The notes beneath the pieces are model-generated. The model did no database searches. It was given only the letters and a program-made list of their open reading frames with translations, and was not told where the DNA came from. A stretch of 64,000 bases of DNA. It comes from an uncultured Chromatiaceae bacterium. GTDB lineage: Bacteria; Pseudomonadota; Gammaproteobacteria; DRLM01. Each line of letters starts with the position of its first letter. The stretch's first letter is position 1. The stretch spans positions 8,771-72,770 of the forward strand of contig CALZJG010000005.1 in NCBI GenBank assembly GCA_945787555.1, given 5' to 3'. This document shows, piece by piece, positions 59,249 to 64,000 of the stretch. Position numbers and translations under genes: made by a program.

Positions 59249-59764
59249 CTACGATGCTTTTCGACCCCGCAAGGCGTCGATAACGATCAACACTGCGCCC
59301 AAGCTGATCGCCGCGTCGGCGACATTGAACGCCGGCCAATGACACTGCACCCCGCCCACCACCGGCACGCTGGCGAACAAGGCCACGCAGGATTCGGCGC
59401 GGTAATACACATCGAAAAAGTCGATCACATAACCGTACAGGATGCGGTCGATCACGTTGCCCAACGCCCCGCCCAGAATGCAGGCCAACGCAAATCCTTC
59501 CAAACGCGCGGTGGCGGGTAGACGCTTCATCCACACCACGATGAACACGCTCACCGCCAACGCCAACACCACGAAGAAGCCACGTTGCCAACCGCCTTGG
59601 TCGGCGAGGAAGCTAAACGCCGCGCCGGTGTTATGCGCCAAGGTGATATTGAAATACGACCACACCGGCACTGATTCGTGCAACGCCAAAGCACCCGCTG
59701 CCACTTGCTTGGTGATTTGATCCGCGACCACCAGGACGGCGGCGATGACTAGCCACATTTTCAT
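59249..59764 (-). CDS. lspA: lipoprotein signal peptidase II
   Basis: DQITK, NTGAAFSFL, GGALGNVIDR, VIDF and PAFNVAD; ATGA overlap with the ileS stop. Confidence 0.96.
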   Translation of the reverse strand: MKMWLVIAAVLVVADQITKQVAAGALALHESVPVWSYFNITLAHNTGAAFSFLADQGGWQRGFFVVLALAVSVFIVVWMKRLPATARLEGFALACILGGALGNVIDRILYGYVIDFFDVYYRAESCVALFASVPVVGGVQCHWPAFNVADAAISLGAVLIVIDALRGRKAS

Positions 59765-62604
59765 CAAGCGTAACGCCGGATCTCGCCGTCGCCGGCGACG
59801 TTTTCGACGCAGCGCCCGCACAGCTCGGGGTGCTCGCTGTGGGTACCCACATCGGCGCGATGATGCCAACAGCGCGCGCACTTGGCGTGCTCGGACGGCG
59901 CCACCGTCACCCAGAATTCATCGCCCCCGGCCAGTTTGACGTGTAGCCCCCCGACAGGCGGTTGAGTCACCAAGTGCAGCCGCGCCTCAGAAGTAATGAA
60001 CACGAAACGCAGCTCCTCGGCGATACACTGCACACGGTCGTGCAATTCACGCCCGCAATACACATCCACTTCGGAGCCTAAGCCGGAACCGATGCCGCCG
60101 GCCACGCGCAGCCGTTCCAATTCCTTGCCCACCGCCTCGCGCATAGCGATCACTTCTTCCCATAAGGCCATGCGTTCATCGGCCTCGGCGCCGAACGCCG
60201 CAGGCAATTCATACCAGGTTTCCAGGAGCACCGATTCGCCGCGTTGTCCCGGGATGTGTTGCCAAATTTCCTCGGCGGTAAAACTAAGCACCGGCGCCAG
60301 CCAGCGCGCCATGGCCTCGATGATGTGATACATGGCGCTTTGCGCCGAACGGCGCGCAACGCTGTCGGCTTGGGTGGTGTATTGGCGATCCTTGATGATG
60401 TCGAGATAGTAGCCACCCATGTCCACTACGCAGAAATTGTGCACGCGCTGATAAATCTGGTGAAACTCGTAGGCCTGGTACGCCTGGATGAGCTGCGCTT
60501 GCAGACGCCGCGCGCGCTCCACCGCCCATCGATCCAATTCCAACAGGTCTTCGACCGGCAGCAGATTCTCGGCCGGATCGAAGCCGTGCAAATTGGCGAG
60601 CAGGAAGCGCGCCGTGTTGCGCAAACGCCGGTAAGCATCGGCGGTACGTTTAAGAATTTCATCGGAGACGCTCATTTCACCGCGATAATCGGTGGCCGCC
60701 ACCCAGAGGCGCAGAATATCCGCACCCAAGTTGTTGACCACTTTCTGCGGCGCCACCACGTTGCCCTGCGACTTGGACATCTTGCGGCCTTGGGCGTCCA
60801 CGGTGAAACCATGCGTCAGCACACCGCGATAGGGCGCCGCACCGCGCATCGCCACCCCGGTGAGCAACGAGGACTGAAACCAGCCACGATGTTGGTCGGA
60901 GCCTTCCAAATACAAATCCGCCGGCACCCCGCCCAATTCGGCGCGGCGCTCCAACACGCCGGCGTGCGTGACGCCCGAGTCGAACCACACATCCAGGGTG
61001 TCGCTGACCTTATCGTACTCGGCCGCTTCCTCTCCCAGCAATTCGGCCGGCTCGAGCTCGAACCAAGCATCGATGCCATGCTGCTCGACGCGTAGGGCCA
61101 CTTGCTCGATTAACTCCGCCGTACGCGGATGCAGCTTGCCCGAGTGTTGGTGCACGAACAGCGCAATGGGCACCCCCCAAGTGCGTTGGCGCGAGATGCA
61201 CCAGTCGGGACGCTTATCCACCATGCCTTCGATACGCGCCTGCCCCCAGCCGGGCGTCCACGCCACTTGCTGAATGGCGGCCAGCGCCTGCGGACGCAAA
61301 CCTTGCTGCTCCATGCTCACGAACCATTGCGCCGTGGCGCGGAAAATGATCGGCGTCTTGTGGCGCCAGCAATGTGGGTAGCTGTGGCGCAGCGCTTCGT
61401 GATGCACCAGCGCGCCTCGCGCTTTCAATACCTCGATCACATGATCGTTGACCTTGAAGACATGCTCGCCGGCGAACAGCTCGGTGCCGGGCAAAAACTT
61501 GCCGTCGCCGCCCACCGGGTTATCCACTTTGAGCTTGTAGCGCTCACCCACCACATAGTCTTCCTGACCGTGACCGGGTGCGGTGTGCACGGCGCCGGTG
61601 CCGGCCTCGGTGGTGACATGCTCGCCGATGATCACCGGCACTTCGCGCGCATAGAAAGGATGCTGCAACCTCAACCCTTCGAGATCCGCGCCGCTGCAAG
61701 TGGCGATGACGCGATAATCCTCGATGCCGTAACGGCCCAGCGTGTTCTTCATGAGCGCCTCGGCGAGGATCAAGCGCTCATGACCTTGCGCGGTCTCGGC
61801 CTGAACCACCACGTATTCGAGATCCGGATGCACCGCCACCGCTTGGTTGGCGGGCAAAGTCCACGGCGTGGTGGTCCAGATCACTAACGACATCGGGCCG
61901 CGGCCTTCATGATCGGGCACGTGCTCACAGCATGTCATCAGGGCCGTCTCGTCGAGTAGCGTGAAACGCACATCGATAGCCGGCGAGGTCTTGTCCTCGT
62001 ACTCCACTTCCGCCTCGGCCAGCGCCGAGCCGCAATCGGTGCACCAATGCACCGGCTTGTAACCTTTGTGCAAATGTCCGTTGGCGATGATGCGCCCCAA
62101 GGAACGTATGATGTCCGCTTCGAAGGCAAAATCCATGGTCAGATAGGGCCGCGTCCAATCGCCCAATACACCGAGACGTTGAAAATCCGTGCGCTGCTTG
62201 TCCACTTGGCTCGCGGCATACGCGCGACAAGCATCACGAAACGTCTTGGCGTCCACTTTCACCCCCGCCTTGCCGATTTTTCTCTCCACCTGCAATTCGA
62301 TGGGCAAGCCGTGACAGTCCCAACCCGGTACATAAGGCGCATCCTTCCCGTCCAGGGTGCGCGCCTTGACGATGATGTCCTTGAGCACCTTATTCACCGC
62401 ATGTCCGATATGGATCTCGCCATTGGCGTAGGGCGGTCCGTCGTGCAACACGAACTTAGGCGCGCCTGCACGCGCAGCGCGCAGTTTGTGATATAGCTCC
62501 ATGTCCTGCCAACGCCGTAACATCTCCGGCTCGCGCTGGGCCAAATTGGCCTTCATGGAAAACGCCGTCTGCGGCAGGTTCAAAGTGTGTTTGTAATCAG
62601 CCAT
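59764..62604 (-). CDS. ileS: isoleucine--tRNA ligase (type 1)
   Basis: [20 protein letters not shown]-terminal CxxC..CxxC. Confidence 0.98.
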   Translation of the reverse strand: MADYKHTLNLPQTAFSMKANLAQREPEMLRRWQDMELYHKLRAARAGAPKFVLHDGPPYANGEIHIGHAVNKVLKDIIVKARTLDGKDAPYVPGWDCHGLPIELQVERKIGKAGVKVDAKTFRDACRAYAASQVDKQRTDFQRLGVLGDWTRPYLTMDFAFEADIIRSLGRIIANGHLHKGYKPVHWCTDCGSALAEAEVEYEDKTSPAIDVRFTLLDETALMTCCEHVPDHEGRGPMSLVIWTTTPWTLPANQAVAVHPDLEYVVVQAETAQGHERLILAEALMKNTLGRYGIEDYRVIATCSGADLEGLRLQHPFYAREVPVIIGEHVTTEAGTGAVHTAPGHGQEDYVVGERYKLKVDNPVGGDGKFLPGTELFAGEHVFKVNDHVIEVLKARGALVHHEALRHSYPHCWRHKTPIIFRATAQWFVSMEQQGLRPQALAAIQQVAWTPGWGQARIEGMVDKRPDWCISRQRTWGVPIALFVHQHSGKLHPRTAELIEQVALRVEQHGIDAWFELEPAELLGEEAAEYDKVSDTLDVWFDSGVTHAGVLERRAELGGVPADLYLEGSDQHRGWFQSSLLTGVAMRGAAPYRGVLTHGFTVDAQGRKMSKSQGNVVAPQKVVNNLGADILRLWVAATDYRGEMSVSDEILKRTADAYRRLRNTARFLLANLHGFDPAENLLPVEDLLELDRWAVERARRLQAQLIQAYQAYEFHQIYQRVHNFCVVDMGGYYLDIIKDRQYTTQADSVARRSAQSAMYHIIEAMARWLAPVLSFTAEEIWQHIPGQRGESVLLETWYELPAAFGAEADERMALWEEVIAMREAVGKELERLRVAGGIGSGLGSEVDVYCGRELHDRVQCIAEELRFVFITSEARLHLVTQPPVGGLHVKLAGGDEFWVTVAPSEHAKCARCWHHRADVGTHSEHPELCGRCVENVAGDGEIRRYA

Positions 62605-62645
62605 GTCTCGTTTCGCAATCAGTCTGTACTCGTAGATAAATCTTG

Positions 62646-62684
62646 CCCCCTCTCCCGTGGGCGGGAGAGGGCTGGGGTGAGGGC
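62646..62684 (+). repeat. palindromic intergenic repeat, best-preserved copy
   Basis: CCCCCTCTCCCGTGGGCGGGAGAGGGCTGGGGTGAGGG in the unusually wide ribF-ileS gap. Confidence 0.85.
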
Positions 62685-62853
62685 CTCGAACGCATCGCCG
62701 CCGTGCCTATGATGCTCGGCTAGCCAACAGTCCCTCACTCGGCCCACTGAGCCGCGGCGGCGCACCCTCGCCAGGCGACTTCCACCCGGCACAGCGGAAA
62801 TCGATGCGCATACATCAAGACCTGGTTCGCTGGCGTCGCGCTGGTAATGACTA

Positions 62854-63783
62854 TTATCTCTCGCGATGAAACGCCCGCGCCGCCTCCACGTCATGGGCAA
62901 TTTGCGCGGTCAATTCCGCCAAGGAGGCGAAGCGCCGCTCATCGCGCAGTTTATGCAGAAAATCCACATGCACGTAGCGCCCGTAGATATTCTGCTCAAA
63001 ATCCAACAAGTGCACTTCCAACTGACTGCGCACACCGCCCACCGTCGGCCGCGCGCCGACGTTGGCCACGCCGGACCACGGCTCAGCGTCCAGCCCGAAC
63101 ATTTCCACCGCATACACCCCGCGTACCGGCGAACTCTTGCGGTGCAGATGAATGTTGGCGGTGGGAAAGCCCAACTGCCGGCCGCGTTCATCGCCGTGCG
63201 CCACACGCCCGCACATGCGGTAGGGTCGCCCCAACAATTTCTCCGCCGTGCTCAAGTCATCCACCGCCAGTGCCTCGCGGATACGCGTGCTGCTCACGCG
63301 CAGGCCGTCGACGCAAAAGCTGTGCATGGCGGCGACTTGAAATCCATGCTGTGCACCGGCCTCGCGCAACAGCGCGAAATCACCGGCCCGGCCCTGGCCG
63401 TAACGGAAATCATCTCCGACGACCAGATAACGCACCGCCAGCCCCTCCACCAGCAAACGCTGGATGAAATCCGCCGCCGGCAGATCGGCGAGTCGCCGAT
63501 TGAAGGGCAACACCACCACGCGCTGCACCGAGTAACGGCGCAGCGCCTGCAGCTTTTCGCGAAAACGCGTCAAACGCGGCGGCGTCTCGCCATGGGTGAA
63601 AAACTCGCGCGGCTGCGGTTCGAAAGTCACCACCACCGTGGGCAAGCCCAGCTCCGCACCGCGCTCGGCCAGCTGGCCCAGCACCGCCTGGTGCCCCAGA
63701 TGCACGCCGTCGAAATTACCGATGGTGGCCACGCAGCCGCAATGCCGGGGCCGCAAGTTGGCTATCCCGCGAATGATGTCCAT
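62854..63783 (-). CDS. ribF: bifunctional riboflavin kinase/FAD synthetase
   Basis: TIGNFDGVHLGH, VGDDFRYG, VSSTRIR, GRQLGFPTAN and EVHLLDF. Confidence 0.97.
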   Translation of the reverse strand: MDIIRGIANLRPRHCGCVATIGNFDGVHLGHQAVLGQLAERGAELGLPTVVVTFEPQPREFFTHGETPPRLTRFREKLQALRRYSVQRVVVLPFNRRLADLPAADFIQRLLVEGLAVRYLVVGDDFRYGQGRAGDFALLREAGAQHGFQVAAMHSFCVDGLRVSSTRIREALAVDDLSTAEKLLGRPYRMCGRVAHGDERGRQLGFPTANIHLHRKSSPVRGVYAVEMFGLDAEPWSGVANVGARPTVGGVRSQLEVHLLDFEQNIYGRYVHVDFLHKLRDERRFASLAELTAQIAHDVEAARAFHRER

Positions 63784-63850
63784 GGAAACACGCGCGCCCC
63801 GCGTCGACTAAGGACTCCGATTATAAAGGACGCGCCGCGCTTGTCACGGT

Positions 63851-64000
63851 TCACGTCCGCAGCCGCAAGTGGCGCAAACGTACGCCACACAGCAATGCCA
63901 TGACCGCATACGCCAGGGCACCCACCGTCACCCACAGCAATAATTGCCCCGCGCGCTGCGCTGCGCCCCATTGTTGCCACGCTTCCAAATCCGCAGTGCC
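63851..64000 (-). CDS. murJ: lipid II flippase MurJ, C-terminal end (partial)
   Basis: Manual translation GTADLEAWQQWGAAQRAGQLLLWVTVGALAYAVMALLCGVRLRHLRLRT*; W..R..L..G..Y..G.R..L pattern and the murJ-ribF-ileS synteny. Confidence 0.8.
   Translation of the reverse strand, partial: GTADLEAWQQWGAAQRAGQLLLWVTVGALAYAVMALLCGVRLRHLRLRT

Noticed and set aside
62866-63903. 345-aa plus-strand ORF
   Set aside because: Antisense shadow of ribF.

Overview
Bacterial chromosomal window, most likely a GC-rich gammaproteobacterium, judged from the conserved birA-coaX-tRNA-Thr and thiO-pil-ispH-lspA-ileS-ribF-murJ gene orders. Left to right: a minus-strand glgP(partial)/YcbK/patatin/phosphoketolase block; a copper-resistance region of about 14 kb (DUF2231, copB, copA, a Met/His-rich periplasmic protein, cusABC, a Cys/His/Pro-rich leader-like ORF, DUF302) with broken genes at both ends and no regulator in view, interrupted by a DUF481 barrel plus YbjQ-like operon; birA, coaX, tRNA-Thr(TGT); a GGDEF-EAL sensor, ankyrin protein, peroxiredoxin, M61 peptidase, bactofilin, pyrD, Sel1 lipoprotein, modA and sodB; an accessory stretch (membrane protein, nnrU, possible integron relics, alpha-carbonic anhydrase with a long extension, DUF3943, a dead REP-associated tyrosine transposase, an output-less sensor); ald, large NAD-glutamate dehydrogenase, a voltage-gated Na+ channel, double-length UvrA with an in-frame repeat-like insertion, tRNA-Thr(CGT), an Irr-like Fur regulator, thiO, a reduced pilVWXE cluster and ispH-lspA-ileS-ribF-murJ(partial). 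A CCCTCTCCC..GGGAGAGGG palindromic repeat family is scattered through intergenic regions. No CRISPR array, rRNA or intact mobile element was seen. All family calls are by motif recognition, with no database searches run.
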